Source of the DNA: an uncultured Gemmatimonadaceae bacterium
GTDB taxonomy: Bacteria; Gemmatimonadota; Gemmatimonadetes; Gemmatimonadales; Gemmatimonadaceae
DNA: 64,000 bases
Direction of reading: 5' to 3'
Assembly: GCA_963716745.1 (NCBI GenBank)
Contig: OY970320.1
Coordinates: 1,600,001-1,664,000 of the forward strand
Below the pieces are notes generated by a model, which did not search any database, had not been told where the DNA came from, and saw nothing but the letters and a program-made list of their open reading frames with translations. Below, in pieces: positions 50,732-59,754 of the stretch. Position 1 is the stretch's first letter, and every line of letters starts with the position of its first letter. A program made the translations under genes and the position numbers.

Positions 50732-52273
50732 TTATCGCGGCGCGGCCGGCGGTGTGCGGTCCGGCATTCTCCAGATCGTGCCGCGCCGCAGCACCGCCTC
50801 GCTCACCAGGCCGAGCGCTCCCATGAACACCGGGTCGGGCGGCTCGATCGTCTCGGCGCACGAGCGGTCGAAGATCACCACATAGCTGTTCCGCGCGATG
50901 AGCGTGTCGGCGAACGCGCGCAACGAGTCCGCCTGCATCTCGTCGGGCATCTCGCGCGCGAGGCGGCCCGACTGGAAATAGAGCGCGATCGGCGCGTTCG
51001 AGAAGAGCGCGTGCCCCGCGCCATGCTCGCGCACCCACGCCGTGACCGGCGATCCGCTCCAGCAGATGTCGGCGTAGTCGCTGCCGGTGCGCAGCGCGTA
51101 GCGCACCGCATCGCGCGTGACGAGGAACGACCCGAACGCCCAGAGCAGCGCGGCGGCGCCGAGCGCACCCACCGCTCTCGGTGCCGCGTGCCGCCAGCCT
51201 GCGATCGCGACCACGGCCGCCATCATGGCGAGCGCGATCGCCGGCGCCAGGAGCCGGTCATCCAGCGGAATGTCGGGGTCCGCCACCATTCGTGCGAGCA
51301 GGATGAGCGCCATGTAGCTGGCGATGAGGAGACCGCAGGCCTTCAACAGTGCATCGCGCATCGTGCTTCGTGCATCGGCACCTTCGATGGCCGATGCACG
51401 ATGTTCGATGAACGCGGTCGCTCCGACCGCGACGACAATGAGGACTGAAACGATGACACTCGCGGGCGCGACGAGCCCCGGCGCGAGCCATGCGACGATC
51501 GTGCCGCCGCCTTCGCGCAATGTGTCGCCGATCGCGCCGTACAAGCTGAAGTGCCGCACCGCCGATCGGCCGCCCGTTCGCGCGGCGCGGGTCCACCACC
51601 AGGCGTTCACCACGATCGCGGGAAGCGCGGCGAGCGCTGCACGGCGCACGCGCTCGCGCCACGCGCCGGCGCGCAGCAGCTCCCACGCGACCACCGCGCC
51701 CACGAACGCGAGTCCCGCGTAGCGCACCAGGCTCGCCGCCGCCGCGGTCGCCCCCTCGGCGAACGGCCTCGGAGTCGGGCGCACCATGAGCGCCAGCGTC
51801 GCGGCGAGCAGCGCGAGGAAGAGCGGCTCGCTCAGCACGCTCTGGTGCACGAACGCGAGTGGCGGTGATACGAGCATGAGGATCGCGAGCACGATCCCCG
51901 CGCCCGAGCCCGACGCCGCGCAAGCGAGCCACACGAGGATCGCCATCGCCGCGAACGCGGAGAGCGCGATCACCGCGCGTGCGCCCTGCACCGGCGGCGC
52001 GCCGAGCGCGATCGTGACGGCGATCGCGGCCGGGAACGCCGGCGGCCAGCGCGTGAGCGATCGCGTGCTGTCGGAACTCACCCAATTGTCGCGCACATCG
52101 CGCAGGGTGCCGCTGTGCGCGAGCGTGCCGGCGGCATACAGATAGCCGCGCGCGTCGGGATCCAATCCCGGCCCGAGCGGCTCAGTGATGAAGAGGACTC
52201 CGGTGAATGCGGCCGCTCCGGCGACGAGCGCGATGATCAGGTATCGATGCCCGATGAACGATGATCGATGCAC
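50732..52273 (-). CDS. Polytopic membrane protein, GT-C (ArnT/PMT-like) glycosyltransferase
   Basis: PGLDPDARGY, WPPAFP, VLSEPLF, LVRYAG, DDRLLAP; many TM helices. Confidence 0.7.
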   Translation of the reverse strand: MHRSSFIGHRYLIIALVAGAAAFTGVLFITEPLGPGLDPDARGYLYAAGTLAHSGTLRDVRDNWVSSDSTRSLTRWPPAFPAAIAVTIALGAPPVQGARAVIALSAFAAMAILVWLACAASGSGAGIVLAILMLVSPPLAFVHQSVLSEPLFLALLAATLALMVRPTPRPFAEGATAAAASLVRYAGLAFVGAVVAWELLRAGAWRERVRRAALAALPAIVVNAWWWTRAARTGGRSAVRHFSLYGAIGDTLREGGGTIVAWLAPGLVAPASVIVSVLIVVAVGATAFIEHRASAIEGADARSTMRDALLKACGLLIASYMALILLARMVADPDIPLDDRLLAPAIALAMMAAVVAIAGWRHAAPRAVGALGAAALLWAFGSFLVTRDAVRYALRTGSDYADICWSGSPVTAWVREHGAGHALFSNAPIALYFQSGRLAREMPDEMQADSLRAFADTLIARNSYVVIFDRSCAETIEPPDPVFMGALGLVSEAVLRRGTIWRMPDRTPPAAPR

Positions 52274-52373
52274 GCCCGGCTGGCCCTCCGCGGTGTGGAT
52301 TGCTTGTGCGCGCCTCGCGCGCGCCCTATGATAGGCGTCTGAACATCGTCTCGCCACGAATGGCCCGCTCACG

Positions 52374-55300
52374 ATGCTGAGACTCAGCGCGTTGGGTGGC
52401 CTCTCCCTGGACGGCATCGAGGGGCCGCTCGGTACCGCCGGAACGAAACGGCGCCGCTTGGCGCTGCTCGCGCTCCTCGCCGCGGCCGGCGAGCGGGGCG
52501 TGAGCCGCGACAAGCTGCTCGCGTACCTGTGGCCCGACGTGGAAGCGGACCGCGCGCGCCAGGCGCTCGCGGACATGCTCGCATCGATGCGGAAGGACCT
52601 GGGTGTGGACGCACTCTTCCACGGCACCGCCGACGTGCGGCTCGACGCCGCGGAGCTCACGAGCGATCTCGCCGAATTCGAGCGCGCGCTCGACCGGCGC
52701 GACCTGCCCGCCGCGGTGGGGATATACGGCGGTCCGTTCCTTGACGGTTTCACACTCACCGACGCGCCGGAGTTCCAGCGCTGGACGGAACGTGAGCGGC
52801 TCCGGCTCGAGCAGCGCTTTCGCGGCGCGCTCGAGTCGCTTGCTTCGGAAGCGAAGACGATGGGCGAGCACGCCGCGGCCGCGCGCTGGTGGCGCCGACT
52901 CGCGGACATCGACCCGCTCAGCACGCACGTCGCGATCGAGGTGATGTCCGCGCTCGCGGCCGGCGGCGACACTGCGGCGGCCGTCGCGCACGGGGATGCG
53001 CACCAGCGCCGGATGAAGGAGGAGTTCGGCGCGCCGCCGAACCAGGCGGTGCGCGCGTTCGCGGAGAAGCTCAAGTCCGCGACTGGGTATACGCCCCCGT
53101 CCGAGACTCGCGCCTCCGCGCCGGTGCACCGCCGCAGCACCGGGCGCGTGACGGCGCCGTCGGAGCGCGATCTCTCCGACGACACCGAGATGCCGATGAG
53201 CGCGTCGCGCGAGCGCGGCGCGACGATCGCCGGACGCTATCTCATCCAGCGCGAGATCGGCCGCGGGGGCATGGCCACGGTGTTCCTCGCGCGCGACCTG
53301 AAGCACGATCGCGATGTGGCGCTCAAGTTCATCCACGCCGAGCTCGCCGACGCGTTCGGCACCGAGCGCTTCCAGAGCGAGATCGCGGTCCTCGCCAAGC
53401 TCCAGCATCCGCACATCCTGGCACTGTACGACTCGGGCGAGGTGGAAGGCGCGCTGTATTACGTGATGCCCTTCATCGGCGGCGAGAGCGTGCGCGAGCG
53501 GCTCCAGCGCGAAGGGCAGCTGCCGGTGGCCGAAGCGCTGCGCCTCGCGCGCGAGGTGGCCGGCGCGCTCGCCTACGCGCACGAGCAGGGCGTGATCCAC
53601 CGCGATGTGAAGCCGGAGAACATCCTGCTCACCAATGGGCACGCGCTCGTCGCGGACTTCGGCATCGCGCGCGCGGTGAGCCGCGCCGCCGGCCGCCGCA
53701 ACACGGAGGATGGATTCGCGGTGGGCACGCCCGCGTACATGAGTCCCGAACAGGCCAGCGGCGATCCGATCGACGGCCGCAGCGACGAGTACGCGCTCGC
53801 GTGCGTGCTCTACGAGATGCTCGGCGGCGTGCCGCCCTTCGTCGGCGCGTCGGGGCGGTCCGTGCTCGCGCAGCGCTTCACCGAAGCGCCGGCGCCGATC
53901 CGGAAGCTGCGCGACAAGGTGCCGGCCGAGGTGGAGGCCGCGCTCCAGAAGGCGCTCACGCGTGTGCCAGCCGACCGCTTCGCGACGGTGGGAGAATTCG
54001 CGAGCGCGCTCGACGTGATGGACACGATGGGCCAGCGCCGTGACGCCGCACCGGGCTGGCTCGCCGCCGTGGGGCGCTGGAAGTGGGCGATCATGGCGCT
54101 CGCGGTCGTCGCGCTCGGCATCATCATCATCGCGCTGCGCCCCGCACCGCTCGTGGCCGACCGCTACGTCGTGCTCCCGTTCCGCCACCGGGAGGGCGCG
54201 TCGCCGCGCCTGTTGAACGGCGACGCCTGCCAGCAGCTGCTGGACGACGCGCTCCTCCAATGGCGCGGGCTCAATCTCGTGGATGGCATGCGCACGAACG
54301 ATGCGAAGATGCGCCACGCCGACGGACCGCTGCAGACGGATGACGCGCTGAACACGGCGCGCAGCCTGCGCGCCGGCCGCCTCATCTGGGGCGAGGTGTC
54401 ACAGGTCGGCTCCGACATCACGGTCGTGGGGATGCTGTACGAAGTGTCGCCCAGGCGCGACTCGGTGCTGCGCGTGGTCACGGTGCACATCGACAGCTCG
54501 CTCTCGGACGCGGAGCAGAAGTTCGCGGAGCTGGCGGACTCGCTGATCGCGCCCCAGTCCGGATCCGCGAGCGTGGATGCGACCAGCCGCGGAACCCGGA
54601 ACTTCGCCGCGATCGTCGCCTACACGGGCGCGCACGAGGCGCTCAGCCGCTGGGACCTCGCGCGGGCCGAGAGCCTCTTCCGCGAATCCGCGGCGGCGGA
54701 TCCCGGGTTCGCGAACGCGCACTTCTGGCTGGCACAGGTGATGAGCTGGGGCAACAATGGCCAGCCCACCGAATGGCGCGAGACCGCCGGTCGCGCCTAC
54801 GCGTTGCGCGCGCAACTCGGCGCCCGCGACAGCGCGCGCGCGATCGCGCTCAACGCGCTCGCGACCATGGACTACCCCGCCGCGTGCGAGCGCTACCGCG
54901 CGATGACCGCGCGCGACACGCTCGACTTCGTCGCATGGTACGGGCTGGGCGACTGTCTTCGGCGCGACCGCCTCGTGATCCCCGACAGCAAGAGTCCCAG
55001 CGGCTTCGCGTTCCGCAGCAGCTACCAAGCAGCGATCAATGCGTACGATCACGCGCTGCGCATCGTGCCGAGTATCCACCTCGCGTTCGCGGGACTAGGC
55101 TATGAGCGGCTGGCACAGCTGCTGCTCACGCAGAGCACGCAGATCCGTCGCGGCTTCGCGCTCACGCCCGACACCGTATTCTTCGGCGGCTTCGCGACAT
55201 TGCGCGGCGACAGCGTGGCGATCATCCCGTACCGCTTCATCGACATCAGCGCGGGTCGCGCGGACACGGGAGATGCCGGCGGCGCGATAGCCGCCAACCG

Positions 55301-56357
55301 CGCGCGGCTGCTCGCGATCGCCCGGTCGTGGAAGAACGCGTACCCGCGCAGCCCGTCGGCGTACGAGACACTCGCCCGCGCCCTCGAGGGCACGGGCAAC
55401 ATCTCGGGCAGCAACGATCCATCGCAGTCGGCGCTCGCGGCGATCGATTCGGCGCGCGCGCTCGCGCGCGATCGCGCCGACAGCATCCGCACCGGCGTCG
55501 TGTACGTGCGCGTGCTGCTCGAAGGCGGCCGCTACGCGGAGGCGCGCGCCGCGAGCGATGCGGTGCTCGCGCTCGCCGCCGATCCATCGCCGCGCGAGGC
55601 CGACGACGTGAAGGGCCTCGCGGCGCTGACCGGCAAGACCAAACGCGCCGTCGACCTGCTGCGTCGCAGCGCTCCGGACTTCACGACACTCACTCCCGAC
55701 GGCCGGCTGATCACGCCGCCTCTGCCCGTGTCGATGAGCGCGCGCGCGCTGCTCGGCTTCGTCGCGATGGGCGGGCCAGCCGACAGCATCATGCGCCTGC
55801 AGGAGCAGGTGGGCCAGCTCGTGCAGGGCAGCGTCTCGCCGGCGATGCGCGCTACGGTACGGAACGCGGTACTCGTGCAACCTGCGCAACTCGCCTTCCC
55901 CTTGCGGCCGGCCGTGATGTTCACGCCCGCCGTGACCGGCGCGGGCGAGCTGTACGAAACGCAGACCGCGTTCGCGCGCGGCGACAGCGCGAGAGCGCGC
56001 GAAATGCTGCGCGCCATCATCGCGTCCGATGCGAAGGCCTCGCCCGGCGATCTCTCGCTCGACATCCGCTTCCAGTACGCCTGGCTCGCCGCCGCCACGG
56101 GCGACAGTGGCGGCGCCGCGGCGCTCGCGGACCGCGGGCTCAACGGCGTCGCTTCGTACGGTGAGTACCTGCTCGACAACGTGCAGACGCCGGCATCGCT
56201 CGTGCGCATGATGGCGCTGCGCGCCGAGCTCGCGGCGCGCGCCGGCGACACGCATACCGCACGCCAATGGGCGTCGGCCGCCGCGACGCTCTGGGCCACC
56301 GCCGATCCCGAACTCGATCCGGTGCGCGACCGTCTGCGCGCACTCGCCACTCCATGA
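52374..56357 (+). CDS. wHTH-BTAD + Hanks Ser/Thr kinase + TM + extracytoplasmic TPR-like receptor
   Basis: N-terminal LGGL…LALLA…SRDKLLAYLWP…YGGPFLDGF (SARP/BTAD); kinase GRGGMATV, VALK, HRDVKPEN, DFG, GTPAYMSPE; TM WAIMALAVVALGIIIIAL; YVVLPF followed by helical repeats. Confidence 0.9.
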   Translation: MLRLSALGGLSLDGIEGPLGTAGTKRRRLALLALLAAAGERGVSRDKLLAYLWPDVEADRARQALADMLASMRKDLGVDALFHGTADVRLDAAELTSDLAEFERALDRRDLPAAVGIYGGPFLDGFTLTDAPEFQRWTERERLRLEQRFRGALESLASEAKTMGEHAAAARWWRRLADIDPLSTHVAIEVMSALAAGGDTAAAVAHGDAHQRRMKEEFGAPPNQAVRAFAEKLKSATGYTPPSETRASAPVHRRSTGRVTAPSERDLSDDTEMPMSASRERGATIAGRYLIQREIGRGGMATVFLARDLKHDRDVALKFIHAELADAFGTERFQSEIAVLAKLQHPHILALYDSGEVEGALYYVMPFIGGESVRERLQREGQLPVAEALRLAREVAGALAYAHEQGVIHRDVKPENILLTNGHALVADFGIARAVSRAAGRRNTEDGFAVGTPAYMSPEQASGDPIDGRSDEYALACVLYEMLGGVPPFVGASGRSVLAQRFTEAPAPIRKLRDKVPAEVEAALQKALTRVPADRFATVGEFASALDVMDTMGQRRDAAPGWLAAVGRWKWAIMALAVVALGIIIIALRPAPLVADRYVVLPFRHREGASPRLLNGDACQQLLDDALLQWRGLNLVDGMRTNDAKMRHADGPLQTDDALNTARSLRAGRLIWGEVSQVGSDITVVGMLYEVSPRRDSVLRVVTVHIDSSLSDAEQKFAELADSLIAPQSGSASVDATSRGTRNFAAIVAYTGAHEALSRWDLARAESLFRESAAADPGFANAHFWLAQVMSWGNNGQPTEWRETAGRAYALRAQLGARDSARAIALNALATMDYPAACERYRAMTARDTLDFVAWYGLGDCLRRDRLVIPDSKSPSGFAFRSSYQAAINAYDHALRIVPSIHLAFAGLGYERLAQLLLTQSTQIRRGFALTPDTVFFGGFATLRGDSVAIIPYRFIDISAGRADTGDAGGAIAANRARLLAIARSWKNAYPRSPSAYETLARALEGTGNISGSNDPSQSALAAIDSARALARDRADSIRTGVVYVRVLLEGGRYAEARAASDAVLALAADPSPREADDVKGLAALTGKTKRAVDLLRRSAPDFTTLTPDGRLITPPLPVSMSARALLGFVAMGGPADSIMRLQEQVGQLVQGSVSPAMRATVRNAVLVQPAQLAFPLRPAVMFTPAVTGAGELYETQTAFARGDSARAREMLRAIIASDAKASPGDLSLDIRFQYAWLAAATGDSGGAAALADRGLNGVASYGEYLLDNVQTPASLVRMMALRAELAARAGDTHTARQWASAAATLWATADPELDPVRDRLRALATP

Positions 56358-56395
56358 TCCGTATGCCAACCGCACTCCACCACGAGGCCACTTTC

Positions 56396-56995
56396 ATGCG
56401 CACTCTCGTCCCGCTCGCATTCCTCGCGATCACCGCATGCGCACATTATATCGGCGGCAACGCGGACGAACCGTGCGGCATGGGGCCCACGCTGCAGGCC
56501 ACCTCGGCCAAGTCGCTCTCCGCGTGCGCGCAGGCGGTGGCCGGCAACGCCGACACGCGGCACGGCACCGGCGACGAACAGCGGCTCGCCGTGGCCGGAC
56601 CCGGCGGCCAACTCCAGTACGGACCCAAGGCCACGATCACGCCGCTCCGCGGCTATCTGGGCATGAAGACCATCACGCACGCGACCGGAGAGGAGCTGGC
56701 GCACGGCGTGCCGCTCGCCCTCATCACGAGCGACTCCGCGTATCCGAAGCTTGGGCTTCGCGCCGGGAAGAACGTGTTGATCGTGGCGGTGCCGCAGGGC
56801 TCCGACAGCGGCACCGCGCTCATGGTGCCGCTGGATGGCAGCGTCGCCACACCGCTCGTCGTGCACGTCACCGACCACATGGACAAGTCGGACTATCCGC
56901 TGCCGACCGCGCGATGGATCTGGTCCGACAAGGACGAGACGATGTGGGTCGCGTGCGGCCGGCGCTGCTGCTGGGTGGTGCCGGCGCTGAACTAG
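56396..56995 (+). CDS. Hypothetical lipoprotein with C-terminal WxDxDExxWVxCGxxCC motif
   Basis: MRTLVPLAFLAITAC lipobox; RBS GAGG; alternative in-frame ATG at 56354 overlaps the kinase stop. Confidence 0.8.
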   Translation: MRTLVPLAFLAITACAHYIGGNADEPCGMGPTLQATSAKSLSACAQAVAGNADTRHGTGDEQRLAVAGPGGQLQYGPKATITPLRGYLGMKTITHATGEELAHGVPLALITSDSAYPKLGLRAGKNVLIVAVPQGSDSGTALMVPLDGSVATPLVVHVTDHMDKSDYPLPTARWIWSDKDETMWVACGRRCCWVVPALN

Positions 56996-56999
56996 CGGA

Positions 57000-57605
57000 C
57001 TACTTCGTGTGCGTCGTGTCGCCGCCACCGCCGCCGGTGACGTAGCAGCAGCCGTGCCCGCAGCTCACCCAGATGTTCTCGTCGCCGTCCACCCACTGCG
57101 CGTGGCCCGGCGGATGCAGCGTCGCGTCCGGGTTCGTGTCGCGCCGGAAGACCGTGAGCGACTCGAAGCTGGTCGAGCCCACGGGATGCATGAACGCCGT
57201 CCAGTCGGCGGGCGTGTCGCCGGCGCCGGTGTGGCGGAGCCAGAGCTCGTTGCCCGCGCTCCCGCCCGCCAGGCTGAGCTTCTTGTACGATTCCGTGGCG
57301 CAGATGAACGCGACGAGCTGGCCATGATCGCCGGCGTCGAAATCCTTCGCGCTCGTCCAGTTCGCGAGCGCCGCGTTCGGCGCGATGCTCGCGAGTTGCA
57401 CCACCGCCGTGCCCGCGCGGTCGTGCAACGACTGCGCGTGTCCCATCGCCATCGTGAACGTGCCCGGCACGACGCACTTCAGCCGGTCGTTCGTGCCGAT
57501 CACGGCGCTGCCATGCGCGTTCGGGCGGTATCGGTCATATGCGAAGAACGCGAGCATCGCGACGACCGCCACCAGGACACCGATCCGCAGAGTTCTCGGG
57601 TTCAC
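57000..57605 (-). CDS. Hypothetical membrane-anchored protein, paralog of 56396..56995
   Basis: GTG start with GGAGG RBS; N-terminal TM IGVLVAVVAMLAFFAY; tail AQWVDGDENIWVSCGHGCCYV. Confidence 0.8.
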   Translation of the reverse strand: MNPRTLRIGVLVAVVAMLAFFAYDRYRPNAHGSAVIGTNDRLKCVVPGTFTMAMGHAQSLHDRAGTAVVQLASIAPNAALANWTSAKDFDAGDHGQLVAFICATESYKKLSLAGGSAGNELWLRHTGAGDTPADWTAFMHPVGSTSFESLTVFRRDTNPDATLHPPGHAQWVDGDENIWVSCGHGCCYVTGGGGGDTTHTK

Positions 57606-57747
57606 CGTGCCTCCCGCGCTGGGGTTCTCTCGCGAGGTCCACGTTAGGGGCGCAGGCGGCGCCGTCAATGTTCACCGAACAGGCCATCGAGCATCGGCCA
57701 TCCGTCGCCTGTGTAACTGACCGTGAACATTAGAGTTACACTGCGCC

Positions 57748-57776
57748 TTGCTATTTCGGTGTTTATTCGGCATCAT
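57748..57776 (+). promoter_or_regulatory. Putative sigma70 promoter of the mutagenesis cassette, with a TTCG-N7-TTCG repeat in the spacer
   Basis: TTGCTA-17 nt-CATCAT; TTCGG at 57755 and 57766. Confidence 0.55.
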
Positions 57777-57808
57777 CTCCACCCCCCGCCGAATCACCGA
57801 GTCCCGCG

Positions 57809-58885
57809 ATGCCCAAAGTCTCCGAACCGCAGTTCCCGATGGCCGATGGCCAGTGGCCGATGCGCGGCAGCCTCGATGTGCTCGGCCGGCAGCGCGACAT
57901 CACCTACTACGATTCCCACGCCGCGAGCGTGCTCAACGACACGCGCATGACCGGCATGGCGTACTGGTCGGTGAATCCGTACACCGGCTGCGCCTTCGGC
58001 TGCGCGTACTGCTACGCGCGCTACGCGCATCGCTACGTGATGGAGCGCGCGGTCACCGCGGGCACGCTGCCGGTCGCATCGGCCGCATCGATCGAGGGAC
58101 TTCCTCCCTGGCTCGCCTTCGAGCGCCACATCGTGGTGAAGCGCAACGCGCCCAGCGTGCTCGCGCGCACGCTGCGCCAGGGGAGCGAGCGGCATCTCGC
58201 GCTGCTCAAAGGCGAGATGATCCTCATCGGCACGGCGACGGATCCGTACCAGCCCGCCGAGCGCCGCTACCAGGTGACGCGCGGCATCCTGGAGGTGCTG
58301 GCCGCGCATCCGGGGCTCCGCATCGGGATCATCACGAAGAGCCCGCTCGTGACGCGCGACGTGGACCTGCTCGCGCGCATCGCGCGGCGGTCGTCGCTCT
58401 CGGTGCGGATCTCGCTGATCACGCTCGACCGCGCGCTCGCGCGCCGGCTCGAGCCGCGCGCGCCCACGCCCGACGCGCGGCTGCGCGCGCTGCGCCGGCT
58501 GAACGAATCGGGCATCGATGCCGGCGTGAACATCATGCCGGTGCTGCCCGGGATCACCGACGGGCCGGCGATGCTCGACGATCTCGTGCACGCCGCGGCG
58601 GACGCCGGCGTGAAGCGCGTGGGCGTGTGCGCGCTGCGGCTGCAGCACGAGGCGCGGAAGCGGTATCTCCCCTTCATCGCGGAGGAGTTCCCGCATCTCG
58701 CCGCGCGCTACGAGGCGGCGTACGCGCACAGCACGGACGTGAGCAAGCGCTATCGCGACGGGCTCTCGCACTACGTGCACGGGCTCTGCCGGAAGTACGG
58801 GCTCAGCGCGAGCGCGCGCGCCGAGGATGAGCCGGAGGACGAGGCGCCGCCGGCGCCCGATCCGCAGCTCGCGTTCTCCCTATGA
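57809..58885 (+). CDS. Radical SAM protein (SplB/Rv2578c-like, DNA-repair associated)
   Basis: NPYTGCAFGCAYCYAR, GTATDPYQPAE, ITKS, LEPRAP, PVLPGITD. Confidence 0.92.
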   Translation: MPKVSEPQFPMADGQWPMRGSLDVLGRQRDITYYDSHAASVLNDTRMTGMAYWSVNPYTGCAFGCAYCYARYAHRYVMERAVTAGTLPVASAASIEGLPPWLAFERHIVVKRNAPSVLARTLRQGSERHLALLKGEMILIGTATDPYQPAERRYQVTRGILEVLAAHPGLRIGIITKSPLVTRDVDLLARIARRSSLSVRISLITLDRALARRLEPRAPTPDARLRALRRLNESGIDAGVNIMPVLPGITDGPAMLDDLVHAAADAGVKRVGVCALRLQHEARKRYLPFIAEEFPHLAARYEAAYAHSTDVSKRYRDGLSHYVHGLCRKYGLSASARAEDEPEDEAPPAPDPQLAFSL

Positions 58886-59754
58886 CGGCGGCGGCGGTCG
58901 TGCGCGTGGAGCGCGTGTCGAGCGCGGAGCGTCCGGCGTCGCTGGCCGCGCTGCGCCAGCGGCTGGCCGCGGTCACGGAGGCGCCGCACGCCGAGGTGCG
59001 CGCGCTGGCCACGGGCGTCGCGTCACTGGATGCGGCGCTCACGCGCGGCGGCATCCCATGCGGGCGGCTCACCGAGTTGCTGGGCGCGCGCGGCGCCGGG
59101 AAGACGACGCTGCTGCGGCACGTGGTGCGCGCGACGATCGCGCGCGGACTCTGGGTGGCGTACGTGGATGCGGCGCGCACGCTGGCGCCGCGCGACTGGG
59201 CGTGGGCCGCGCGCGCGGACGACGGCGGCGGCGCAGGCGTTTCGCCCCCGCTCTGGATGATCCGCCCCGCGCGCAGGAGCAGTTCCGCGCGCGCGGCGTG
59301 GTGCGCGGAGCTGCTCCTGCGCTCGGGAGCGTTCGCACTGGTGGTGCTGGACGGCGCGCCGCCGCTCACGAACGCGGTGGCGGTGCGGCTCGCGCGGCTC
59401 GCGCGCGATGGCGGATGTGCGTTCGTGGTGGCCGCGGATGATGACGCCGCGGCGGCCGCGCTCGGCGGCGCGCTGCGGCTGCGCGTCGCGCGCACGAAGA
59501 GAGTGGATCGCATCACGATCGAGAGAGGTGGACGTCGGACAACGGTGGAGGTGGCGCATGAGCGCACCGTGGCGCATCGCGTGTGTACGCATCCCGAGAT
59601 TCCCGATCGCCGCGGTGTGGCGCGACCGCGAGCGGCGGACGAGCGCGGCGGTGAAAGCGCCGCCGCAGTTCGCGCTGGCGCTGTCGTCGCCAACGCCGCT
59701 CCCGTTAGGCACGCGCGAAAACGAACGCCGCACATTCCCGCCGCCGTGGGATGA
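58882..59754 (+). CDS. imuA: ImuA / RecA-like protein
   Basis: TGVASLDAAL…GGIPCGRLTE, Walker A GARGAGKTT, YVD, LLRSGAFALVVLD; gene context. Confidence 0.8.
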   Translation: MTAAAVVRVERVSSAERPASLAALRQRLAAVTEAPHAEVRALATGVASLDAALTRGGIPCGRLTELLGARGAGKTTLLRHVVRATIARGLWVAYVDAARTLAPRDWAWAARADDGGGAGVSPPLWMIRPARRSSSARAAWCAELLLRSGAFALVVLDGAPPLTNAVAVRLARLARDGGCAFVVAADDDAAAAALGGALRLRVARTKRVDRITIERGGRRTTVEVAHERTVAHRVCTHPEIPDRRGVARPRAADERGGESAAAVRAGAVVANAAPVRHARKRTPHIPAAVG

